This document shows, one piece after another, positions 40,566 to 49,507 of a stretch of 64,000 nt of DNA. Position 1 is the stretch's first letter; each line of letters opens with the position of its first letter. A program made the position numbers and the translations under genes. The stretch is from positions 73,481-137,480 of the forward strand of contig JAFEIJ010000015.1 in assembly GCA_017495115.1 (NCBI GenBank), read 5' to 3'. The stretch comes from Chitinophagaceae bacterium (GTDB taxonomy: Bacteria > Bacteroidota > Bacteroidia > Chitinophagales > JADJOU01). Below the pieces are notes generated by a model. The model was not told the DNA's origin and made no database searches. It saw nothing but the letters and a program-made list of their open reading frames with translations.

Positions 40566-41617
40566 AAAACTATATATTGATTTAACTGATTTTCTGTAAC
40601 AACTTGATTGGAGAGATAAAATTCTTTATACCACTCAATGGTATTTTTAATAGAAATCTCATTACTCCATTTGGGTGACCAACCTAACCTTGATTTTGCT
40701 TTATTAATATTCAAACTCAATAATCCCGCTTCGTGAAAATGTTCATTTTGTATATCCACTTCAAAGTCAATTTTATCCCAAATATTTTTAGCTATTTCCA
40801 ATACTTCTCCTACGGTCAACACTTCATGTTCTTCTGGGCCAAAATTCCAACCTTCTGCAAAATCTTTTTCACCATTTAATAATCGTTCTCCAAGCATCAA
40901 ATAGCCCGAAATAGGTTCCAAAACATGCTGCCAAGGTCTAGTAGCTTTTGGGTATCTAATATTCGTTTTTTCACCTTTAATAGCACTTTTTATTATATCT
41001 GGAATCAATCGATCGATACTCCAATCTCCACCTCCAATAACATTTCCTGCTCGAGCCGAGGCTAATAAAATTTGATGTTTTTTACTATAATCATTCAAAT
41101 TAAAAAATGAATTCCGATAGGAACTAACGGCCAATTCAGCACATCCTTTGGAGCTACTATATGGATCAAAACCTCCCATTCGATCGGTCTCAATATATCC
41201 AATATTTTGTTCTACATTTTCATAGCATTTATCTGTTGTCACTACAATTATCGCTTTTACGGAATCACAAAATCGAGCCGCTTCCATTACATTTATAGTT
41301 CCCATTACATTGGTAGAATAGGTTTCTATGGGATTTTGATACGAATATCGTACCAATGGTTGAGCAGCTAAATGAAAAACAATATCGGGTTTGGTTTCAA
41401 GCATAGCTTTAGAGAGTGTTTCAAGATCTCTAACATCTTCGAAATATGATTTATAATCCGAATTTAACAATGAAAAATGATTTGGTTCGGTGTTTGGAGG
41501 CAAGGCATATCCAACCACCTCAGCACCTAATTTCTGAAGCCAATAGGCCATCCATGAACCTTTAAAGCCCGTGTTTCCAGTTAAAAAAATCCTTTTTCCT
41601 TTGTATGATCCAAACAT
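40562..41617 (-). CDS. rfbG: CDP-glucose 4,6-dehydratase
   Basis: MFGSYKGKRIFLTGNTGFKGSWM..., YSSSKGCAEL (YxxxK) and a WxPxW-type C-terminus. I placed the start at the ATG at 41617 rather than the ORF-track start at 41716, which would overlap rfbF by 95 nt. Confidence 0.85.
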   Translation of the reverse strand: MFGSYKGKRIFLTGNTGFKGSWMAYWLQKLGAEVVGYALPPNTEPNHFSLLNSDYKSYFEDVRDLETLSKAMLETKPDIVFHLAAQPLVRYSYQNPIETYSTNVMGTINVMEAARFCDSVKAIIVVTTDKCYENVEQNIGYIETDRMGGFDPYSSSKGCAELAVSSYRNSFFNLNDYSKKHQILLASARAGNVIGGGDWSIDRLIPDIIKSAIKGEKTNIRYPKATRPWQHVLEPISGYLMLGERLLNGEKDFAEGWNFGPEEHEVLTVGEVLEIAKNIWDKIDFEVDIQNEHFHEAGLLSLNINKAKSRLGWSPKWSNEISIKNTIEWYKEFYLSNQVVTENQLNQYIVL

Positions 41618-41621
41618 ATTC

Positions 41622-42401
41622 TTAATTCCAAATTTTCCATGGAGCCTTACCATTATTCCATAACTCTTCAAGCTCAATTTTATCACGCATGGCATCCATA
41701 CATTTCCAAAATCCATAATGCTTGTATGTAGCTAATTCTCCAGATTTAGTAATATCAATTAATGGACCTTTCTCAAATTGAATTTCATCCATATTTCCGT
41801 CTAAAAAATTAAATACAGAGGGTTCTAAAACCATAAAGCCGCCATTAATCCATACGCCATCATCCTCAGGTTTTTCTACAAATCTTAACACATTTCCATT
41901 GTCATCAATATCTAAATTTCCAAATTTACCCGGTAATTGAATAGACGTTAAAGTAGCTACTTTACCTTTGGATTGATGAAAAGCCAATAATTCTTTAATA
42001 TTGATATCTGAAACACCATCACCATAAGTCAACAAAAAAGATTCATTTCCAATATATTTTTGAATTCTTTTTAAACGACCCGCCGTATTGGTTTCAAACC
42101 CAGTGTCCACTAAAGTTACTTTGAAATTTTCTTGCGTGGGCTGGTGAACGGTCGTTTCATTTTTTGATAAATCAATAGTAATATCTGAATTGGTAAAATA
42201 ATAATTCATGAAATATTCTTTGATCATAGCTTGTTTATACCCCAAACAAACGATAAACTCATTAAACCCTTGAGCCTCATATATTTTCATAATATGCCAC
42301 AAAATGGGCTTGCCACCAATTTCAACCATAGGTTTTGGTCGCGCCTCGGTTTCTTCCATCAAACGAGTACCTAATCCACCTGCAAATATTACAACTTTCA
42401 T
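41622..42401 (-). CDS. rfbF: glucose-1-phosphate cytidylyltransferase
   Basis: MKVVIFAGGLGTRL.EET..RPKPMVEIGGKPILWHIMK.Y...G...F..CLGYK; 259 aa. Confidence 0.9.
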   Translation of the reverse strand: MKVVIFAGGLGTRLMEETEARPKPMVEIGGKPILWHIMKIYEAQGFNEFIVCLGYKQAMIKEYFMNYYFTNSDITIDLSKNETTVHQPTQENFKVTLVDTGFETNTAGRLKRIQKYIGNESFLLTYGDGVSDINIKELLAFHQSKGKVATLTSIQLPGKFGNLDIDDNGNVLRFVEKPEDDGVWINGGFMVLEPSVFNFLDGNMDEIQFEKGPLIDITKSGELATYKHYGFWKCMDAMRDKIELEELWNNGKAPWKIWN

Positions 42402-43426
42402 ATAAATTTAGATTTTGGTTTTGCTACTAAAATAATATAACTACTCATAAAATTACCTAAATAGCCCACTTTAGAAATAACAAAATTAAGACACTTAGAA
42501 CTAAAACACGCTAATCGAAATGAATAATCCTCATCCCAAATCCCTGGCTTGATATCAACATCATAATCTTTAGCTAAACGTTTATGCGTTTGATAAGGCA
42601 ATAAATTTTCACCCCAAACACCATATTCATTACAAATATTGGTATAATTACTTGGGAATTGAGTTTTAATTTTATTTTTTAAATAATCTTCCATGGCTTC
42701 GTCCAATTTAGGGCCACCAGCAGTAGCTATATTCCCAATTGCTTTATCTATATCATTTGAATCTTTTAGATTATATTTTTTCGTTAAAAATTCTTTTTTA
42801 GCTTCAATGATTTTACTTCGATTCTTTAAATGTATATACACGTGCTGCATATGCGCGAAAGGATTATTCCAATTTGCAGTAGTACTACTTACAATAATTG
42901 CATTTGGATAATTAGTCGAAATGTCGTGATAATAGTTTTCTAAATCATAAATATGCTCAATGACATTTCTACTCATCACTATATCCAGTTCATAACCTTT
43001 TTCGCGCATTTGTTTGAAAGTAATATCTGAATCTCCAACGATATAATCATCCATTTTGACACCGAAAATAGTATCTATTTCCATTGCCATTTGAGCAAAT
43101 TTCGCATCGTAATCATTATAAAACACTTGCTTACAACCTATCATTTTGGCCAAAACATATAAAGAACCAACACCCGCTCCATAATCTATTAAAGATACTT
43201 CATAATAGGGCTTACCAGATATTTTTATGGCATCATATAGCAATTTTGCACTGGTTTTAAGCGAAAAAAATGGTCGCTCGGTATGACATTTTTTAAAATA
43301 CCATTTATAAAATGGATCAATATCCAATGCTTCTACATCCGTATTTGCTATTAAATGAAAAATTTCATTGCATTTTTCATTTATAATTTTTGATAATTCA
43401 TCTTTAATTTTAATAAATTCCTTCAT
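42398..43426 (-). CDS. class I SAM-dependent methyltransferase
   Basis: LIDYGAGVGSLYVLAKMIG (motif I), FYNDYD and DIVMSRNVIEHIYD. Confidence 0.6.
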   Translation of the reverse strand: MKEFIKIKDELSKIINEKCNEIFHLIANTDVEALDIDPFYKWYFKKCHTERPFFSLKTSAKLLYDAIKISGKPYYEVSLIDYGAGVGSLYVLAKMIGCKQVFYNDYDAKFAQMAMEIDTIFGVKMDDYIVGDSDITFKQMREKGYELDIVMSRNVIEHIYDLENYYHDISTNYPNAIIVSSTTANWNNPFAHMQHVYIHLKNRSKIIEAKKEFLTKKYNLKDSNDIDKAIGNIATAGGPKLDEAMEDYLKNKIKTQFPSNYTNICNEYGVWGENLLPYQTHKRLAKDYDVDIKPGIWDEDYSFRLACFSSKCLNFVISKVGYLGNFMSSYIILVAKPKSKFI

Positions 43427-43496
43427 CCTCTACCCTTTTCTAATTAAACTAACTACCTCGATGGCTTTTTTGCTTTCGGCGATGCGAGAACCATTA
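43427..43496 (-). pseudogene. orphan 22-codon 3'-terminal fragment of a Gfo/Idh/MocA oxidoreductase gene (left copy of the 81-bp direct repeat)
   Basis: The reverse strand reads AAT GGT TCT CGC ATC GCC GAA AGC AAA AAA GCC ATC GAG GTA GTT AGT TTA ATT AGA AAA GGG TAG, which is NGSRIAESKKAIEVVSLIRKG*. The intact gene end at 44174-44240 reads NGFRIAESKKAIEVVSLIRKG*. Confidence 0.85.
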
Positions 43497-43575
43497 TTTT
43501 TAAAAACATATTGATATCTATTTGACTTCATTTTCTCACTTTTCTACTTAGCAAATTTATTAAATTTAATCTATT

Positions 43576-43881
43576 CTATACGAATTCATTTTTATACTCC
43601 CCTATTGGTATACTTATTTCAAAACATAACTCAGGGGAAATGTCATAATTCCATATACTCCCATTTGGATATTCTATGAGACCTTCCCAAAACAATTCTC
43701 CCATTTCTCCAATCTGCACTTTTTTAAATAAATCTATATCTAATAATTTCTTAAGTGATTCAAATTGAATTAAATCTTTTTGAATAATTGGTAAAAAGTC
43801 CAAAACTTTTTGGTCTAAATTATTGAACACCAATTTCAATTTATAATCTTCAAAATAAGATACTTGAATCACTTTTTTCAT
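43576..43881 (-). CDS. DUF2442-family small protein
   Basis: This 101-aa protein sits immediately downstream of a DUF4160 gene, which is the usual pairing. The pattern V..V....DYKL.L.F.N......DF is consistent with the family. Confidence 0.6.
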   Translation of the reverse strand: MKKVIQVSYFEDYKLKLVFNNLDQKVLDFLPIIQKDLIQFESLKKLLDIDLFKKVQIGEMGELFWEGLIEYPNGSIWNYDISPELCFEISIPIGEYKNEFV

Positions 43882-43885
43882 TATT

Positions 43886-44134
43886 TTAAGTTAAAGGAGT
43901 TATTTTACTAAAATTTTTGGTATCCCACATTTTTAATAGTTCATTTTTGTGGATTTCAGCCCAAGCTTGAACTAATTTATGTTTACTAATTGGAAGGTCT
44001 CCATTCAAAATTTGACCATTTTCAATTAAGATATTTGCTTCAAATTCACCATATTTTACTTTAAAATGAGGAGGATTATGATCATTAAAGAACATATAAA
44101 CAATAATTCCATAAAATCTGCTTATCTCTGGCAT
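43886..44134 (-). CDS. DUF4160-family small protein
   Basis: MPEISRFYGIIVYMFFNDHNPPHFKVKYGEFEA matches the hallmark N-terminus of DUF4160 (ISRFYGI...NDH.PPHFH..YGE). Confidence 0.8.
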   Translation of the reverse strand: MPEISRFYGIIVYMFFNDHNPPHFKVKYGEFEANILIENGQILNGDLPISKHKLVQAWAEIHKNELLKMWDTKNFSKITPLT

Positions 44135-44173
44135 TATTTTTTTATTTTAAACTAATTTTAATTCCTTCATCCT

Positions 44174-45070
44174 CTACCCTTTTCTAATTAAACTAACCAC
44201 TTCAATCGCTTTTTTGCTTTCGGCGATGCGGAAACCATTACCAGCTAAAATTTCTTTATAACTATCGGTATGTAATTCCGTAAATCCATCCGAAAACTCA
44301 ATTTCTTCGCCTTCCATTTGGAGTGTGCGATACGTTCTTTTTCCTGCATCGCGCACCGCTTGAGGTATGCGCATATAATCGATACTCAACAACCATTCTA
44401 CTCGAGCTCTTTGAAGATGTAATCTGCCGGAAGCCGTTTCATCTGATTGTTCAATAACTTTATTCTCAACAATATCACCAAAAATCCATGTCAGCATATC
44501 AAAAAAATGGACTCCGATGTTCGTAGCAATGCCACCCGATTTTTTAGCATCCCCTTTCCAACTATGATGATACCATTTGCCTCGTGAGGTCATATATTGA
44601 AGCTTGATATCAAACACATGATCGGCAGGTGCGTTTGCTACGCGCTCTTTTAGCGCTATAATACTCGGATGTAATCGCAATTGAAGAATTGTGTAGGCAT
44701 TTTTACCCGTTTCTTTTTCCATTTCTACTAAAGCGTCTACATTCCATGGATTTAAAACGAGTGGTTTTTCGCAAATCACATCACAACCGCTGCGAAGCCC
44801 AAAACGAATATGCGCATCGTGCAAATAATTAGGACTACAAATACTAATGATATCAATAGGATTTCCTTCGCGTTTTAACTTATCGATATGTCGATCAAAT
44901 CGCTCAAATTCGGTAAAAAAATCGGCATCCGGAAAATAACTATCCATAATTCCCACGCCATCATAAGGATCATACGCACACACCAATTCATGCCCTAAAT
45001 CTTTAATGGCTTTCATATGTCTTGGAGCGATATAACCCGCTGCACCAATTAACGCAAATCGTTTTTTCAT
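44174..45070 (-). CDS. Gfo/Idh/MocA-family NAD(P)-dependent oxidoreductase (sugar-nucleotide dehydrogenase type)
   Basis: FALIGAAGYIAPRHMKAI Rossmann start, then ICSPNYLH..H.......G..V.CEKP. Confidence 0.85.
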   Translation of the reverse strand: MKKRFALIGAAGYIAPRHMKAIKDLGHELVCAYDPYDGVGIMDSYFPDADFFTEFERFDRHIDKLKREGNPIDIISICSPNYLHDAHIRFGLRSGCDVICEKPLVLNPWNVDALVEMEKETGKNAYTILQLRLHPSIIALKERVANAPADHVFDIKLQYMTSRGKWYHHSWKGDAKKSGGIATNIGVHFFDMLTWIFGDIVENKVIEQSDETASGRLHLQRARVEWLLSIDYMRIPQAVRDAGKRTYRTLQMEGEEIEFSDGFTELHTDSYKEILAGNGFRIAESKKAIEVVSLIRKG

Positions 45071-45102
45071 TAATGCTTTTGATTATGTTTTATAACATTT
45101 CG

Positions 45103-45110
45103 CAAATATA
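45103..45110 (-). promoter_or_regulatory. candidate -7 box (TATATTTG) for the 45070->34837 glycan operon
   Basis: The reverse complement of 45103-45110 is TATATTTG, 32 nt upstream of the ATG at 45070. Confidence 0.4.
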
Positions 45111-45195
45111 ATAGGAATTGATTATTTTGAAGAAAAAAGGTTTGGAAGATTAGATTGGAGACGAGAGATGTTAGATTTGAGAGAAGGGGTTAAGA

Positions 45196-45220
45196 ATTAG
45201 GGATTAGTAACTAGTGATTA
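45196..45220 (-). repeat. E-linker-like fragment (inverted)
   Basis: ATTAGGGATTAGTAACTAGTGATTA is the reverse complement of TAATCACTAGTTACTAATCCCTAAT. Compare the array linker AATCACTAATCACTAAAACCCAATCCCTAATCCC. Confidence 0.55.
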
Positions 45221-45286
45221 CAATAATCTAATGCCTTTAACCTTCTATTATCTACTATCTTTTCTCTAATTTCTATTCACAAATAC

Positions 45287-45307
45287 AAATCACTATAACC
45301 TAAAGCC
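45287..45307 (+). repeat. E-linker-like fragment (direct)
   Basis: AAATCACTATAACCTAAAGCC compared with the array's AAATCACTAAAACCTAAAGCC (29756-29776) has 1 mismatch in 21. Confidence 0.65.
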
Positions 45308-45368
45308 AAAAAACCTCCAATAGAAATTGCGTTTATTCTTTTAAAGTAGACTGTTTATCAAAAATAAA

Positions 45369-46748
<1,380 letters not shown>

Positions 46749-46819
46749 CTATTTTTTTTTAACTATAATCTAATTATTGTTAAAAAAATACAAAATCATA
46801 GATTGAGGAAATGGTTCGT

Positions 46820-46835
46820 AGCTTTAGATTTTAGT
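46820..46835 (-). repeat. E-linker-like fragment (inverted)
   Basis: The reverse complement ACTAAAATCTAAAGCT compared with the array's ACTAAAACCTAAAGCC matches at 14 of 16 positions. Confidence 0.4.
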
Positions 46836-46966
46836 CTAGAGCTTCTAAAAACAGGTATTTGATTTTAGTAAAACAACCAGAATTATCAACTTATTTAAGA
46901 TCCAAAATATATACATCTAAAATCGGTCATCTCATATCTAAACTAACTCAACAAAAAATCATCATC

Positions 46967-49369
46967 TTACTTTAAATATTTCTCTAAAAATTGATCTTGT
47001 TCCCAAAGTAAATGCAAAATATTTTCCTTAGCCAAATAGCCATGACTTTCTTTTGGTAAAATGACCATACGGACGGGTGCGCCCAAACCTTTGAGTGCTT
47101 GAAAATACCGCTCGGTTTGCAGCGTAAAAGTTCCAGGATTGTTATCGGCTTCGCCGTGGGTTAAAAGTAAAGGCGTTTTCATTTTATTTGCATTCATAAA
47201 TGGCGACATTTTGTTATAAACATCCGGAATATCCCAATAATTTCGCTGCTCACTCTGAAAACCAAAAGGTGTAAGTGTGCGGTTATACGCGCCACTTCTA
47301 GCGATTCCACATTTAAATAAATTGGTATGCGTGAGTAAATTAGCCGTCATAAAAGCCCCGTAGGAATGCCCACCTATCGCTACTTTTTGCGTATCAATAT
47401 AACCTAATTGATTTACCGCTTGAATGGCCGCATGTGCATTATCAATTAATTGCTCTATAAAAAAGTCATTCGGTTCTTTTTTTCCTTCTCCCAAAATTGG
47501 AAATGATGCGTTATCCAAAATAGCATACCCTTTTGTAACCCAATATACAAAGGATCCATAATATGGAAACGTAAATGCGTTAGGATTCGATGTTACTTGC
47601 CCTGCGGTATTTTTGTCTTTAAATTCTCTTGGATACGCCCAAATTAAAAGTGGTAATTTTTGTTTCTTAGATTTTCGATCATAACCTTCGGGTAAATAAA
47701 AGGTTCCTGAAAGTTCCACGCCGTCTTTTCGGTTGTATTTGATAACTTCTTTATACACATTATTCAACTTTAAGAAAGGATTTTTAAAGTTAGTTATCGC
47801 TTGAATGGCTTGCGATTTGATATCTTTGAAAAAATAATTTGGATACTCATTTTTTGATTCCAATCGAACTAAAATTCTTTTGGAAGCTACATCAAAAAAA
47901 TCAACAATCTCTTCTTTTTGATTTTTGGACTTAAATGTATATATACGTTTTTTTGTATTCAAATTCGGGTCGTATTCATCAATAAAAGGAAATTGTCCCT
48001 CTTTAGTATAACCATCACCGATCAAAAACATTTTATTTTTAACTACTCCAGCTACATTTTTATTAAATTCATTTTTAACGGTATAAAAATTTCCTGGATC
48101 GGAATACACATCTTGATAATTTCTAGAATCAAAAATGAATCCTTCTTGTTGTATCGTATCAGGATTTATTTTAAAAGTGGTACTCATTCGAGTATCATAC
48201 CAAGATTCAATCACCATAGCAAAATTCGCATTTGTCCATTGAATATCCGAAAAACGCCATTTCGTTTTAAAAAATAAATTAGGCTCATTATTAAATGGCG
48301 CTTCCCAGCGGTATAACGCATCGCGAAACGGAGCTTCTTTAGCAGGATCGCCTTCATCCAATGCTTCTACAAAAAATAAAGTTGCCGCTTTATCATCTCG
48401 CCATTGAATAGCCCTTTTTCCTTTAATTGTAGCTGAAAATCCTTTTGGAATAATTTCGAGTAATGGATTTTTATGAATCAATTTAACAAATTGAGCATTG
48501 TTATCATAGATATTATAAGCACTAGGAAAACGATTCATCGGAACGATATACGAAAAAGGTTTTTCAATATTATTTACCAATAGATAATTTCCATCAGGTG
48601 AATAATCAAATCCGGTATACATAGCTTCTGGCAGAAAAGGAGTTATCGCTCCTTCAATAGTTATTTTTTGAATGGAAGACGTCACCAATTGCTCAAAATT
48701 AGACTCATCCGTTTTATTTTTTAATAAATCTTGATACGTTCGATTTTGTGAAATCTTTCCATCACTTGAAGAAACTATAGGACCATCAGGCAACGATTTA
48801 GAACCATCTATAAGTGGATTTCTATTTTTATTCATCGAACAAATCAAAAGATATTGACTGCTCGGATGCCATTCAAAAGGCCTTCCCAAATTAGCATTTA
48901 AATAATCTTTTGATATTTTTTTTGCGGTTGCATTTTCAACATTTAAAATCCATAATGAAACTCCAAAATTTTCCGTATGGCAAAAAGCAATCCATTTTTC
49001 ATCGGGCGACCAATTCAAATAAGAAATTTTAGGAATTTCGGGTAATCCTTTCACTTGAATTTCTGTTTTAGAATTCAAATTTCGAATTTTAAGATTATTG
49101 ATATAACTTATAGTACTACTAATATTGGTGTTTGGATTGATGCGAAGTCCACCTAATTTCATTTCAGGTTGATTAAGTTCATCGAGGGCTTTATATGTAT
49201 TGCGATACGAAAGCAATATCATCGTTTTTTTACTATTCAAATTTACACTTGGTGCTCTTTCAAAATCCGCAAGTTCCAAAATTTCTTTTGGAGGTTTTTG
49301 ATACGTTATATTTTCTTGAGAAAACAATAAAATGGGGAAAAAGAAAAAACAAAATACAATTTTATGCAT
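46967..49369 (-). CDS. S9 (prolyl oligopeptidase-family) serine peptidase with an N-terminal beta-propeller
   Basis: GGHSYGAFM nucleophile elbow, C-terminal LLTHGEADNN and ESHGY. I placed the start at MHKIVFCFFFFPILLFSQ (49369), which gives a signal peptide. Confidence 0.85.
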   Translation of the reverse strand: MHKIVFCFFFFPILLFSQENITYQKPPKEILELADFERAPSVNLNSKKTMILLSYRNTYKALDELNQPEMKLGGLRINPNTNISSTISYINNLKIRNLNSKTEIQVKGLPEIPKISYLNWSPDEKWIAFCHTENFGVSLWILNVENATAKKISKDYLNANLGRPFEWHPSSQYLLICSMNKNRNPLIDGSKSLPDGPIVSSSDGKISQNRTYQDLLKNKTDESNFEQLVTSSIQKITIEGAITPFLPEAMYTGFDYSPDGNYLLVNNIEKPFSYIVPMNRFPSAYNIYDNNAQFVKLIHKNPLLEIIPKGFSATIKGKRAIQWRDDKAATLFFVEALDEGDPAKEAPFRDALYRWEAPFNNEPNLFFKTKWRFSDIQWTNANFAMVIESWYDTRMSTTFKINPDTIQQEGFIFDSRNYQDVYSDPGNFYTVKNEFNKNVAGVVKNKMFLIGDGYTKEGQFPFIDEYDPNLNTKKRIYTFKSKNQKEEIVDFFDVASKRILVRLESKNEYPNYFFKDIKSQAIQAITNFKNPFLKLNNVYKEVIKYNRKDGVELSGTFYLPEGYDRKSKKQKLPLLIWAYPREFKDKNTAGQVTSNPNAFTFPYYGSFVYWVTKGYAILDNASFPILGEGKKEPNDFFIEQLIDNAHAAIQAVNQLGYIDTQKVAIGGHSYGAFMTANLLTHTNLFKCGIARSGAYNRTLTPFGFQSEQRNYWDIPDVYNKMSPFMNANKMKTPLLLTHGEADNNPGTFTLQTERYFQALKGLGAPVRMVILPKESHGYLAKENILHLLWEQDQFLEKYLK

Positions 49370-49428
49370 GAAATAAAAATTAAGTAGCAAAGTTAAGGCA
49401 ATTTTGAATTCGATTAAAAAAATAAAAT

Positions 49429-49436
49429 TATATTTG
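49429..49436 (+). promoter_or_regulatory. candidate -7 box (TATATTTG), with TTTG 23 nt upstream
   Basis: TATATTTG is at 49429 and TTTG at 49402-49405. The CDS starts at a TTG at 49508. Confidence 0.35.
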
Positions 49437-49507
49437 CTCTAAAATAATAAATAAGGCGATTTTTCGTTCTTAAAGTTCATGGTTTCATCAATAATTCTTG
49501 TCGAAAA

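Noticed and set aside
41618-41716. N-terminal 33-codon extension of the rfbG ORF as listed in the track (start 41716)
   Set aside because: The extension overlaps the 3' end of rfbF by 95 nt and encodes no dehydratase-like sequence. The internal ATG at 41617 gives the canonical MFG..GKRIFLTGNTGFKGSW N-terminus 4 nt after the rfbF stop.
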